Assembly (NCBI GenBank): GCA_030141605.1
Contig: JAQGDQ010000072.1
Location: 620,001-684,000 of the forward strand
Reading direction: 5' to 3'
Length of the DNA stretch: 64,000 nt
From: Tubiluchus corallicola
Taxonomy: Eukaryota > Animalia > Priapulida
Part shown: positions 14,436-28,165 of the stretch, in pieces
How the letters are laid out: every line of letters begins with the position of its first letter
Numbering within the stretch: the first letter of the stretch is position 1
Made by a program: the position numbers and the translations under genes
Notes under the pieces: generated by a model
Told to the model about the DNA's origin: nothing
Database searches by the model: none
Seen by the model: the letters and a program-made list of their open reading frames with translations, nothing else

Positions 14436-14947
14436 ATGTAAACGCAGTCCTGTAAAGATACGTGATCATTTTCGTCGAACTTGCTAGAAAAAATGTTTTT
14501 GGTCTGAGCTCGGTTTTACAATAACGAACATTTTTTCTTCTCAGTAACAGTTTTGTAATGTTTTTGAAACCTGCTAAACTTGAAACTTTGGTTTTTAAAT
14601 GTTTTGTAGTATAGGCTATAGTGCTATAGTGCATGTAGTACATTTCGTGGACCAGCTCTATTCATGATGCTTCTCACAAAAAAGTAAGAGATCGAAGGTT
14701 CTCTTGGTTTCATGGTAGTTCATTCTGTGTCAGCTCACCTAGATTTGTTAGAACTTCCTATGTGACCATCTCAGATATGGTTGAAAAAATTCTCAAAATA
14801 CCACATTACCTGTGATGGACACACAAAATTTTAGAGCTGAGTACCTTCTTGAGTTAGTAATTTTTAAAATAATTTTAGCATGTTTGAGCTTCCATATATT
14901 AAAAATTAACTGTGTGGGTAACATTTTATATCAGTAACTGTGTTTCA

Positions 14948-15691
14948 AGTTACACACCTGTCAGAATACTTCCATCTTATTTTATTTTTTAGATACATGC
15001 CTTCAAAAACTCGAATTTTATCTCCACAAATTAAAACTTGCAGATTTACAGAAGCCATGGCGCAGAAGTAAAGAGGCTGATTCAGCCTGATTGCTTTTAT
15101 ATTGTAGGTGTGTCTTAACCACGTGAAACTTAATCCGCTGGTACTTTTGTAGCTGAGTGCATACACACATGAGCAAATTATAATGAGTGTCTAAAATGAG
15201 CGGTTTCCGAAAAATAAATGGCGAAAAATGGCTTCTAGTCCTTGAGTTATTTCACTATGTAGGCGACCATTGAAGCCATTCAAATTTTCACAGTAAAAGT
15301 ACACTAGTAACCTGTCTACTTGTAGTCCAATCTTCAGCATTAAGCCAAACTTCCTTCTATTTCTATAGATCTTCTATTGTCACCATATTTAAGAATAGGC
15401 TAAAGATGCCATCATTTGGACAAACAAAATATAAAATGTACCGGTTTATTTACCCAAGTTGCAATGCATGGCAGAGCACGTTTTTTTAAATACACTAAAC
15501 TTCACATAGACTTATTATTACCTCATTCAAGAATAGGCCTACAGATTAAAAAGAAATGCCATAATTCGGATTAAACAAAAAATAAAATCTACTGTTTTTT
15601 TTACTTAAATTACAAGGCATGGCGGAAACACATCTTTAGTACACAAAAAACCTTGGCTCGCCAGCGAAAAACCTTGGCTCAGAGTGTAACT
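14948..15691. mobile_element. Possible old TA-flanked MITE with an internal degenerate tandem duplication
   Basis: AGTTACACACCTG ... CAGAGTGTAACT inverted ends; 15391-15502 resembles 15529-15654; AAAAACCTTGGCTC occurs twice near the right end. Confidence 0.4.
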
Positions 15692-18600
15692 ATGTGCTAT
15701 ATGTATGCACCACTAAGCTCATGTGTTTTGTGCCATTCTTGCTAAATATATTAGCTGTTCATGGAAATTTCCTGCTTTGCTTGTGGTTATGATTTGGTCG
15801 ATTAAAGTACTTAAATCGCCACACTGTTTGTTGAGTCGTGTATGCGTGAACATCCGCACTATTTTGTGGTTTTGTCGAATGAAATCTATAACACGCATGT
15901 TATGAAACCGTTTTCAGATCAATTGCACAGCTGCTGCATATTGTTACGTTCAAAATCATTAAAGTCATTTGAGTAATAATATTAACTGAGTGATTATGAG
16001 TGAGCACAGTTACGGAACGCAAAGCCTGGGAGCCAAATGGACAGGTAGCTGCCTAGAAATCCAGTTCTGGGATATGAACGAACTGATTTCAGTGGTTTAC
16101 CTCAGACCGTTTCCCTGATAAAGAGATGTTGAATCCTGACTTGCAGAATGTCGCTTCGCTTGCCAAACGGCGAAAAAAGAAAATTAGTAATAATAATAAC
16201 GCTTTAATAATCCATTACTTGGATGAATTGCATAGGAGTTTTTGGACTGACTAGCAAAGTTAATCATTAGTGGCATTGTTGTACATAGTAGAAAGCTTAG
16301 GTAGAAATTACAGAATGGGTGGCTGTTTGATTTTAGAGCCATTTTTTGAAAGAAATTAGTTATTTTATTTCCTTCAGATTATGTTAAAACTAAGCCAATT
16401 GTAAGAGTTTGTTTTAGTGGTATTTAGTAACTGTTGTTGTTATATGCCGAAATTTTGAAACTCATCCAGTATTACCGATATTTTCAATATGCCCAACAAA
16501 ATGGCTACCGCTAACCTATAGATCATAAAGGCCGTATCTTGGCTATTTGTACAGGACGGATGATGATGGTTTTTACAAGGTCAAGGAACCCAAGTGTGAT
16601 GCTTAAAAGCTCCTGTAATAACTTCCCATTTAGGATTTCTAGGTGGTCACAAATACCCCTGCTCTCGAATTATATTAGCCTTATCACATCTTTACTGCAG
16701 ATAGGATAATGATTTTTATATCCAAATGTAGATTTTAATAGTCAAGAAATTTATTCTTACTCAGTAAAATTCTCACAGGCATCATTTCAATAAGAAATCT
16801 AAGATGGCTGACCTGGCTACCAAGATGACACAAATGCATTCTAATGTAAATAAAATGGTAATTCACTGTCCTGTTATATGTTTTGAACATTTCTGATGCG
16901 TGCAAACATATACGTCTTGTTGGGCGTACTCCAACAGATACTGCAGGTGCTGGTGGAAATGCTTTCACTAGGAACAAGTCTTTACGTGTTCTGTCAACTG
17001 ACGTGCATATGCTGGCATATATAATATATAATATAAGATTCTGTAATGGTAAGCTTTATGCAAATTGAGCTTGAAAATTAAGCTTTCGATTCGAACCAAG
17101 ATAAAATCGTTTCTCAGAAGTCCGTAGCCATTCAACTCCATTAGGTCGATTAAAACACATTACAGTCCTTGTCGTGTAACAACAAGGGAAAACGTTTGGT
17201 AAACTTTATCGTTTATTTTGTACAAGTCTCTGCACAGTCCGTGCAAATGAAGGATTCACAAGTTTTAAAACTGTTGCAAACTGCCCCTTAGCTAAGTTGA
17301 GATGGTCAGGTCAGGAGGACATTCCGAGGATTTTACAAAATTGCAAGCTTGTCAACTTGTCCGATGATCCCCATGCTGCCATGTTAAGGAAAAATTATTA
17401 ATTATGTATTCATTCAGGTTGGCAAGTTTTTTATAAAACATTTTTATTTTTCAAACGAAAATAATCTTTGGCTGACAGTAATTAAGCTAATACTCCTCAG
17501 ATATTACAGCATAGCGCAATTTAAACTAACACAACAACAACAACATTAACAACAACAAACTAGGAGGAAAGTGAATGGACTACCTAAGATAAATCGAAGC
17601 AAAGGGTAAGAGGAAGGAAAGTTATTGTGGTCGCCAGTTGATACCTTTAGTAGCACCTGTAAAATTTTGAACTAAGTTAAATACAAGAACATTTTGATCA
17701 TAATTAGGGGTAAGTAATGTATTACCAAACAACATGGTAGAGACTTTATGCCATGGATTCATGCAACTGACGTTGACTGGAAGGGCATTGGAAGCAATGA
17801 AACAAGTTATCAAAATTGCACGGCAATTGCTCTGCTCGCATACAAAGAGCAGTCAAGCAAGTAATGTTTTACATCTTCAGTATGGCAGGTTGGCAGTTTG
17901 TTCCTAGGTTCAGTCCTGCATCACACTGCCCCCCTCTAGGAACTATAAGCATGATAATCTCACTTCATAAGTGTACAGTTTTCTGCCGCGATGAAAAGCC
18001 GTGTTCCCTCCTCCTGTCCAACGCTTGTCTGGTTCTTCATATTGCTATTGCTCCTTGAACAGAAGAAGAATGGGCTGAGAATTTTAGTAAATGGTGTTTT
18101 AATGTTCTAAATACAGTATGAATTACGTGCGCTATTCAGACGTACGGCAGCCATTAAGGCCTTCTGCGGTCACATAACAAGGAATTCATTCGTTTTCAGC
18201 CTATCTGCCGTTTTTAAACATTTTGTTTGATTCAAACAAATTTCAATTAGAAAAGGACCGCGTGCTAGATAGACCTAGATCGTGATTGGCCAGACCTAAT
18301 GTAAACCATCATTCTAAGACGTGCTCCAACCGAACCTGATTTTTGCTAAGTGAGATTCTTAGGACGACTTCTTTCGCTTTGAAACATTTGCGCAAGTTTG
18401 TTATGATGGTTAGAGTTTTCTTTTGTAGAGGACAAAACACGAGAAGAATTTTTCATTTGTCGCAACAAAAATCTTAAATAATTTATTAATTTCATTGGTT
18501 TGAAACTACAGGTGTGTGCAATGTGAGCCTACAATGTTGTGCACGCTTCAGCAAGCGAAGATTTCTTGCTTTCCAGCTTTTATGGCTTTGAAAAAGCTCT

Positions 18601-21600
18601 GTCAAGTGGCATATTGAAATCTGAATAGCTGTAATTATGTTATTTCTATAAGAAGTGGAAAACGTTATAAGTAAATGGTACAGTTTAGACTGTGGAGGTG
18701 GCTGGCACAATGAGTAGTTAGTAATAACGTACCTAAATTGCTGTTGATGCTATCTATTTTATTTACTATCTAAAGATAATGCATAAAGGCATAAAGTCAT
18801 AATGCAATTTTTGCTTTATTTCCGTTAATATTATCTTTAAGCAAAATGTTAGGTTTTCAGCCCTGAATTGTTGCTGAAATTTTATTTGGAAAAGGGAATA
18901 TTATATTAAGGAAGTGCGTGTTGCGGTGGTAGCCCTTCATTTGCACATAATCGCATCCATTCATTCAATTTCGGTGTTTGACCGGGTTTACGAGAGTTTT
19001 GTGTACAGTATGCGGAAATATGTGGCGTGCAATAAAGTGGTGCACTTTTCTCGGAGACTCGTTTACATTTCTAGTTCCGGACTTTGGTTTTTTGCTTTCT
19101 TAATCGTAAATTCTAATTATCGCTGGTGAATCAACATTGCGCTGTTGAGCGATTTTTTTTTCAATTTGTCTATCTGGTTCATTAAATATTGATTGATACA
19201 TCAAAAAACATTATTTTGACGAATTTTCAGTCATCAAGTGTTAGCGCAGAACAGTTCAGACTTTCTGGAATTTTCACTGTCGCGATGATTGCATAATGGT
19301 CATTACACAATGGTCAATACAGCTGTTAAATATAATCTGAAAAATGCGAACTTATATCACAATTAGTGACTAAAACAAAAAATAAATGGAGTTATTCTGC
19401 AAGAACAAGAAATGCGCATTTGCTTCGCGACTCAGCAGTTATCAGCAGTAAGCTTTGAACATAGAATGTTTGGGTATTTAAACTGCATTTAATAATAGTT
19501 GTTAGGTGAAAGACTAAGCTTTGCTGGGTCATATTCACTGTTTATTTGGCGGAGGGAAGTATAGTCGCGCAGAATCATGTGGCTGAATTCTATGTTCAAA
19601 ATGATTCATAGAAAACGCCGGACATTCGCTGAGATTTTCGTGTGACTGTGTTTGTTTCTTCAATACGCTACCCAAACAGTTAATTATTCTAAGGCGTTAT
19701 TTATATTTGTAACCTGATTTCTATGCGTATTCCCTAGCCGTAATGAGCGTTCTCTGACCAACACTGGCTTTAATACACCAAACCAATTTCACTCAATGTT
19801 TAGGCGTGGGTGGAATTTCTGCAATGAAAGTGCAAATTTAGCAGATTCAAAATGAATGTATAAATGTTTCACGGTATTTTGTGGATGTTTTACAAAAGTA
19901 GTCTATGTGTGTCCATTAAGTTAATGAAAGGTTGATTATAATTACAGCTGTCATATTTTCGTGTTCGTAAATTTCAAGTTTGTTACACTTTGCAGAAAAG
20001 TTGGCACCTTCCTAATACTTTTAAAAGTTTTTCCGTGTTTTTCATTACGAAATTCACGGCGAACCTTCTATTTCAAATATACGTTTACCTAGCGGGCTTG
20101 TAAACTAACTAAATTTCGCCGGCCAAAATATCGAATAACTGGATTATTAATTCGCGTTGGCCGTACAGGATGCCTGAACATATATTCCTTTCAGTAGCTT
20201 GAGAGATCAACAGTAATATTATTGGCGCCTTACATAGTCATTTTTCTTCGAATCTGACCGAAGTTAAAATAGCCTGCAAGCAAATTGTTTTAAACTTTAA
20301 CAGCTAGCTAGATCATCGTACTCGACCTTGTTTTGCGCGTTGCTGTGTCCTACTTTATAACTGGCAATTTTTGGTATTTATAATCTTTCTCTGACGTGGA
20401 CTTTGGACATAATGTTAGGGCGAGGCTCGCTGTTCATGGGGTATGCTTTGTATATCCTGTAAGTACAGTAATCGCGACATTTATGATCGCGCCAGTTTAC
20501 AAGGTGTCACTGAAATGCGACTATTGACCGTGTCAGGCGTTATTGGATATTAGCTTGCACTACATTTTATTAAAAACACATAAATTAGAGTTGGGTAGTA
20601 ATATACTGGACATTAGACTGGTACCCAGAACATCATACATTTAACGCAATTGTTACTCCGTCCGTGTCAATCACTACATGAGTATTACAAGTTTTTTATG
20701 GAACTCTGAGCAGCAACATTTAAATACATTTCACACGACTGCAGATGTACACAGAGGTGTGTATCTATATAAAACTGTACCATGGAATCCGTAGATACAC
20801 CCTTGTCAGACATACTGTAAAAGCACGTAAATCGACATTTTCATTTTTCGTTGTGCCCCTCCCCCTCTGAATGTATCCCACCTATTCATTATGCATTATA
20901 TGATTATATATATATACGCAGCGTATACGATTATATCATTCATTCATTTTGTTTTTGTGAAAAATATTTAATATTATTTATAAGATCTTTCTTCCATGCA
21001 TTTTTCATTTTCCACTTTTAAATCTACTAAACGGTCATTCTGTACTATCTACAGCTGTAAGCAGTTGGTTTTATTTGAGTTAAAAATAGTAAGTTTAGTT
21101 TACTCTTGTGCCTAGAATAGATGAATTATATTGATGATATAATATTTCCTAAAAGCACTGATGTGACCCTTGATTACAGCATTTGAATGAATTTTTATGC
21201 TGACCTAGTAAAAGAAATGGTTCTCGAGTTGTTATGAAAGTTGAAAGTCTTGCTTCTTATGAAACCATGCGTTTCTCAAGTTTGGATTTCGAGTTCCCTT
21301 AAAAAAGTGTTTAACTCGCACCAGTTTTGATCATATACAGTAAGCAGTCAGTCGGTGAATACATTAGACTTCTGTACTTGTTTGCACAGTGAATAATGAT
21401 AAAATTTAAATACCGCCATTAAGATTGGTTGACTAGTGGCTGACAATAAATAGTAAAGTTATTAATATGTAGGTGTCACAGGTGTGACAGTGTGTGCTAA
21501 TTAAGCATTAACTGACACGTAGGTACAAAATTAAAGATTTAGACTTCTGTGCGGTTATTGATCAAGCGCTGATCATAATATGCTGTCCAGTGTGACCATT

Positions 21601-22485
21601 TAATTGAAGAAATTCGAATTTATTTACGTGTTTACAAAATGATATCGTTTTATTATGACTCGCCATCTAATTTAGTGGAGCAAAATGTCGTTAGACGTCT
21701 AGGTAAGTTAACTTTTGTCCACTAAGAGGTTTTTGGGAAGCGTCCTCTAATTCATTAAAAGTAATTTTCCGCGAGAACTCTGATTACTTGCCCCATCCAT
21801 TGAAGTCGCTGGTTTTCTATTCAATGATGGTGTACACAGATCTCTGTTACTGTTTTATTTGCCTACTTGATACACATCAGATTTCTATATAATCGACGTT
21901 GGAATGCATTTATTTCTTTCCGCTGTGCAAACTTCAGTGTCAAGAATTCAGAGTTATAAAGGAATACCTGTTCAACCAATGCCGATAACACGTTCACCTT
22001 TGTTTGAAGTGACGTTTTTTCTTTTGAATATTTGCGTGTTAAAGCACCTGGGTATTTTCCTTGTTTTTATGTCCTTTCCAGTATCAAGTAAACTAGCAAA
22101 ATATTTACATTTCTTCCATTACCACATATAATGCAAAAAGGTAGGCAAAAAACTCGTCGCCGATAATTTTTATACAATACTAGTTCGGACAACGTAATAA
22201 AAATACAACAAAATTAGTAAAATCCCGTTTGAATAACCTCTTACAGATTAATTATAAATCTAAATAAACAATAAACGTAGCTATGATAGATAGTTATGTA
22301 TTGAGTTAATAACTAATAGATTAATATTGAAGATTAATACGATTTTGAGAACCTTTATGAAATTAAACATTTGAAACCTTACAAAAGTGTGCCAGGCGTT
22401 TTTATCAATCAGTGTTAGAAACCAAAACACACTACGTGGTATTTTCATTTCCCTTGTAGGCATGTTGCGTAGACATTCGTAAGAC

Positions 22486-22538
22486 TTTGTTGGTATTCGT
22501 AAGAAAACAGCTCTATTTTGTTGGTATTCGTAAGAAAA
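22486..22538. repeat. 22-bp direct repeat
   Basis: TTTGTTGGTATTCGTAAGAAAA at 22486 and 22517. Confidence 0.85.
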
Positions 22539-24382
22539 AACTCACCTTTGTTAGTTATATATATATATAACCTGATTGTTTTAGTAGAATTTGACAAATT
22601 ATAAGTCGGTATAAATAAATTTAGAAAAGGAACAAAGGCAAATGTTCCTGGTTCTAGATCTATGGTCAATCCTTGGTTCTTCTTTCTACTTTTCTTGATA
22701 TTTCCTTTTTCAGTTTCTACCTCCTACTTCATTTCCTTTTTACTATGTTACAACTTTTTAAATTGCAATTGTTAGTTTCATTAGTATATTTTTAGTTGCC
22801 AATTTTCTTCATTGGTATAATGTATTGTCTGTATTTTGTCTTTAGTGTGTCGATGGCATATAAGCAAATGCCGGAACGTTGAAATTGATTGAAATCTTCA
22901 GTAAAACTATATCTATGATACTTTCATAGGTGGCAGTTTCATTTCATTCATTATTTGTTTGATGACATTTAGAATTCATTCACATAATAGCTTTGGACGT
23001 TAACCGTCTAGTGAGAAAGAAAAATGCTGTGAAATTACGCTACACACATGCCTAACTATAGATGCTTGAATATGAGCCATTGTTGAACAATCATTTGTTC
23101 GCGTTTTTACATTCGCGCGCCACCTTGTTGCTAATAGAGTAAGCTGCGAAAACTGCGTCTGCCCTAGGAAGCAGTTTATCGAGCAAAAGCGATTCCAATG
23201 CTTTCCAGTTTCATCGTCTGTATTCTACATCTGGATAAGAAGCGTTATTAGGAGAGGAGATGCCTGCACTGTTGCAGAAGGGGAATAAGTTGGTGACTTC
23301 ACGTGGAACATAGATAGAATTGAACTAAAGCAACTGAACGTCGGTTGAAATTGATTAAAAAGAGACTTAAAATATGGCTGACAGAAATACTATCAGTGGT
23401 ATCTTTGAAAAGTACACTTTCACTACTATTAAAAAGGTATTTTCCCAATGCGAACTTATTGCTAGAAGTTTGGGTACTTCATTGAAATGATTTGAATTTT
23501 GTAAGCAAGTTTTTTGTCACTTTTTTCTGGGATTTTTAAATTTCCACCTCGCTGATTCCGCTTAATAGTTTAAAGTTTATTAAAATAATTTGGCTAGTTT
23601 GCACCATTAATGTATAACATGTTAACAGGACACCCGTATGCCCAGAAATTTGTATTTTAAGTTTAGTGCCATTTGTTTTAACCATCTGTGATGCTCTCAG
23701 TATAGCATGTCACCACATAGTTCTTGCGTGATCAAGAGTGCTTTAATCAGCATCTGCAGTTTTGAGAATAACAGCGTCAGTGAGTTCTTCTTCATGTGGG
23801 TTGTTATGGTTAAAGAATCATGTAGACTAGTTGCATGCAGTTAAGTAAAAAATCTTCATAGTAATCATCTTAAAATTAGTTAAAATTATTTTAAACATAT
23901 TCAACTGTAAATGTAAATGCTTTGAATGTAAAACCACACATGAAAAGAATAATATAATGGTGTGAAATTAGTGAAAATAATGTGGACAGTTCTTCAAATT
24001 TTAAAGAAAAGAGGATAAATTTGTTTAGTTTAATTTTCAGTAAACTAACGATCTGTGGTATTAACACAATAGAAATTATTAACGAGATAGCCTTGTGCGA
24101 TACGATACAGCTCGTTCCTAATTTTCCGAATTTAGTTCCTATTTCATTTCCTAATTTTAAAAGTCTTCATACACAATGCAGTTTTAGTTTAGAAAGTATT
24201 AATTTAAGTAAGTAATGCAAGTTTTAAATAATTTAGGGGGCTCGACTTTATTGAAATATTCAACATCAAATGACTATAATCGTGTATTCATTGGCACTGC
24301 TTGTGTCGTTGTAACGGTAGCTTCATATCCGTTTGCGTAAGATTGTGGAAATGCTTGAATGTATTTAATTAGATTCACGTTT

Positions 24383-24620
24383 TGACTCACGTTGAAACCA
24401 GCACCCAATCATGGCGTCCAGTCTTTGTGTTACTCTTCACCTCACATCTGTGTCGAGCTGGCCCAGTTTTTGAAAAGCAAACACCCAGCACGGTATTCAC
24501 ACAAAGCTTGTAGCGCGCGGTCTCTAGCTGTGGCAGTTATTTCAAGCTGTGGGTTGTGTTCTCTCTTCTTTTAATTAAACTCTTGGTTATTTCCTCTGTC
24601 ATCTGCGCGCATCAGTGATT
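24383..24620 (+). promoter_or_regulatory. Putative PTB promoter B
   Basis: TGACTCA 24383-24389, CCAAT 24405-24409, ATGGCG 24411-24416, pyrimidine run 24559-24572, Inr-like TCAGT 24612-24616; locally CpG-richer. Confidence 0.4.
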
Positions 24621-25032
24621 AGCATCGGGTAGAAATTGTCTTCTAGTGATATTTTTAATTACCGTGAGTGATGGGAAATCAGAGTATTTTGTGATTTTTC
24701 AGTTTTTTGGCACAGTGCCAGGACGGCGGGAGGAACATCTGCCATACTCAACTTCTCCAGCAGCTACCGGCGGCTTTCTCTCGTTGGCTGTAGTTTATGC
24801 CATCTTTAATTTTTTGCGTGTAGTTTTCTGTACGCACTAATAGCAGCACTATATGCACGGTTTTTGTTGTTGAATGTTGATTGCTGGTGTTCAATTCTGC
24901 CATGTGATTCATCTGTAACTAAAGCAGCCTTATGTTTTTATCAACGCGTTTCACTTTAGAGAACACGAGACCTTAATTTTTGTTTGTCAACTCTAGATAT
25001 ACTTCTATCTGATTTTGAAGTAGCACATATTT

Positions 25033-25077
25033 ATGATGGATACCGGTGTAAATAATCACGATGATCAAGCTCAATGG
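25033..25077 (+). CDS. PTB: PTB candidate alternative first coding exon B (MMDTGVNNHDDQAQW)
   Basis: Open from ATG 25033 to donor TGG|GTAGGT at 25078; phase 0 is compatible with exon 27174; downstream of a promoter-like cluster. Confidence 0.5.
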
Positions 25078-27173
25078 GTAGGTAGATTGTAAATTGTATT
25101 AACTGGGCGTAGCTTTATGCAATGCCGTATCGTTTGTTTGACAGCTTGGCTATGCGTGGAGCCTTCGGATCTTTCCCTAAATGTGTGTAGCTTCGATTTA
25201 CAACAAACAGACTATATACCTTACCATACTGTTAAGCAATGCAAATACTATCCATCTCAAGCACACGATCTGTTCTACACACATTTAGAGTTGATGATAA
25301 AAAAATTCTCCCTAAGAGTCATTTACTAGACGTCAGTGTTGGTTATATTTTTGCTGCTTTATCATTATTGATCATTTTGAATAACTTTCATATTTTCTTG
25401 TCGTAACTTTACTAATTTGTTTAGCTCATCATAGTCCCACGACCCCACAATATTATGAACTATACTATAGTGTAAACTGTTTGGATTCGTTAAAGTTACC
25501 AAATAACGAGTATGTAGGCCATGGCAATCCAAATGCTCCGTGTTAATATGCCATAGAACTTTTAAGAAGAGTCAAGACAAAAATGTAGAAAGACAGTGTA
25601 ACACTTCATAGCAAGCAAAAGAAAACTTGACTAATCTTTATCTTCAGCTACGCTTGCTAACGTCCTCACTTTTAATGTTGCTTTACCCATTGAGGATTTT
25701 TCTGGTGTAGAAATCTTGCTTAGAAACCATCTCACAATAATTATATGCAGATTTCATTGCATGTGCTTTAATTACATCATTTTCGTCAACACGCTGGTCT
25801 GAAACAGTTAAACTATTAAATGAAATATAATAGTGCTTGGCTAGGCATAATTAGCCAGCTTCTTGTAAAAGTTGCTCAGCAAAAGACAAAAAGAAACATT
25901 TACTATGAGAGCCGTTTTGAAGCAACTAATAAGTATCGATAATTTTTGGAAGCAGATTCATCTTAACTGCAAATTTTAGAGTTTGCCACACGAAAACGTG
26001 TGGTTGGTTATGATCATTGCAAAATACCTAATAACAGAAAATAGATTTTTATGAATTGAGTTATGTCTAATTGATTTAATAAAATACAGAACTTCATTCT
26101 ATTGTAGTTAAGTTTCTAAATACTTATAAATCAACTGAGCTTATTACGTATGTTGAAAAGAAGCAAAATCGATTTTTATATACACGTCCAAAATACAAAT
26201 GTTTATGAAACTATATTTTGAAACACCCGAGGAAGCTTTAAGAACCATAACTGCTCGCCTAATTCTGATTACATTTTTCGCCTATAGTCCTGTGCCTCAG
26301 TTATATCTAGTTTACTATGTCATTTTGATCAAACTTCCCTTAGATTGTTAGTAAACTGGAATATTGACACCAGCTAAAAAAAAACTGGCATTGAAACAAG
26401 TTTTTTTCTTTTTCTGAGAAGAATGAAATGGCGTTCTAGGAAGTGAACACTCGCTGATGTAACACTGGGCAGAGTGATGTTAAATTTAGAACAAAAATAG
26501 AGTGAATGGCCGCAGTTATCTTTTTGTATCATTTTGTGCTGCATACATGTGCTTTTCAGGCGAATGCACATTCAAAATATGCTTACTCCATAATCTCCTG
26601 CACGGGTCAGTAGCCAAGGTTTTTGACAAACCTGTTTTTCTTGTATTTTCTAGACCATTCTCTGTTGCTGCCATTTATTACCTTACTTTGTAAAAAAAAT
26701 AATGAAATAAAAACCTACTTACCTCCTTATTTAAAATATGTCTTATGCTCTGAAAATGCAAGTATTGTAAATCGAAGTTTTTTTGTCTTTGATTTTCGAT
26801 GGAAAATATGTTCATTGAAAATTTTCTTGATGATAAAAGCGGCTTTGATTTCTTTATGATTATTAAGTTGCACATTTCAATTCTCTTTATTTCTAACCAA
26901 ACTTTGAACAGAAGTAGGGAGATAAATGTGATAAACATGTACATGTATGAAAAGTATATATTTAGTGGTGTGATCAGGTGATGTTGTGCAGAAATGGAAT
27001 ATCATGCTTATTAATTCTCATGTTGTAATAAATCTTCTTTATTATTATTTAACCAAACTTGTGTGAAACATGGCTTTTGCATTGTGCTCGCAGGTTTGTT
27101 ATCTTTCAAGTACTTTATTTTTATGAATAATTTTATTTGTAGTAAAACTAATTTCGGTCTGTTATTTTTTCAG

Positions 27174-27275
27174 CGTGGTTCAGACGAGCTGGTCTCACAC
27201 TCTCAGTCTGTTAGTAATGGTAGTGCAATGAGCCCGCAACCAAACCACACTGATGCTGAGAACGGAGCCAAGAAG
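27174..27275 (+). CDS. PTB: PTB exon (RGSDEL...GAKK), N-terminal region
   Basis: ttttttcag acceptor, AAG|GTAAAT donor, 102 nt, phase 0/0. Confidence 0.93.
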
Positions 27276-27551
27276 GTAAATTGACAATAGAAATTGTGTT
27301 GTATATGGTAATGTTCTCTGTTCATTGCTGAGTGTTGCCCTAGTGGAAATGACAGCAAAATTGCGGCCACTCCAGCAAGCTAAGAATTCTTATTGTAGGA
27401 TTGTATTTTGCATTCTCCGCACATTGTGAAATGAGACCAGTTTTAAATGTACTTATGACTTTTCAATCATAGATCACTGTGCACAACATTATTTAGCCTA
27501 GCAAAGTTACTTTATATTTTGAGATAAATATAAATCTACTTTTCATATCAG

Positions 27552-27701
27552 GCAAAGCTGGAGAAGAATTCGTCAGGAAAACCGTCCCGCGTGGTCCACA
27601 TACGCGGCATTCCAAATGAAACGACAGAAACAGAAGTCATCAATCTCGGTATTCCATTTGGCCGTGTGACCAACGTACTCATGCTGAAAGGAAAGAACCA
27701 G
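27552..27701 (+). CDS. PTB: PTB exon, RRM1 N-half
   Basis: [21 protein letters not shown]...[19 protein letters not shown]; 150 nt, AG/GT. Confidence 0.97.
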
Positions 27702-28021
27702 GTGACTGACTTTACTGGATGCATCTTTAATCATCAGTTTGCAATTTTTTTCATTAATTATTTGTCATTATATGTCAGAAACTTAGCAAATTTGAAAATT
27801 TTTGGATCAGTTGCTTTTTCATATGTTAAGTTAGTTTGGCATTTCATGTTATGCTTGCTTTTCAGTACTGTTTGGCAATATCTACAAATAGTCGTGCTTT
27901 GGTATTGATTACAGCTTCATAAACAGCCTTCACTAACATTTTTGCCATTGTTTTTAACATGAGATTGATGCTCTTATGCTAATAATAAAGAAAGACTTAT
28001 AGGTGTTTGTTGCATCTATAG

Positions 28022-28165
28022 GCATTCTTGGAGATGGGTGATGAGACAGCTTCAGCTACAATGGTCAACTATTATGCAAACTGTCCTGCAAGTTTACGAG
28101 GACGTACAGTTTACGTGCAGTACAGCAACCACAAAGAACTGAAGACAGACATGGCAAACACTAAT
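28022..28165 (+). CDS. PTB: PTB exon, RRM1 C-half
   Basis: AFLEMGDE...VYVQYSNHKELKTD; 144 nt, AG/GTAAGA. Confidence 0.97.
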
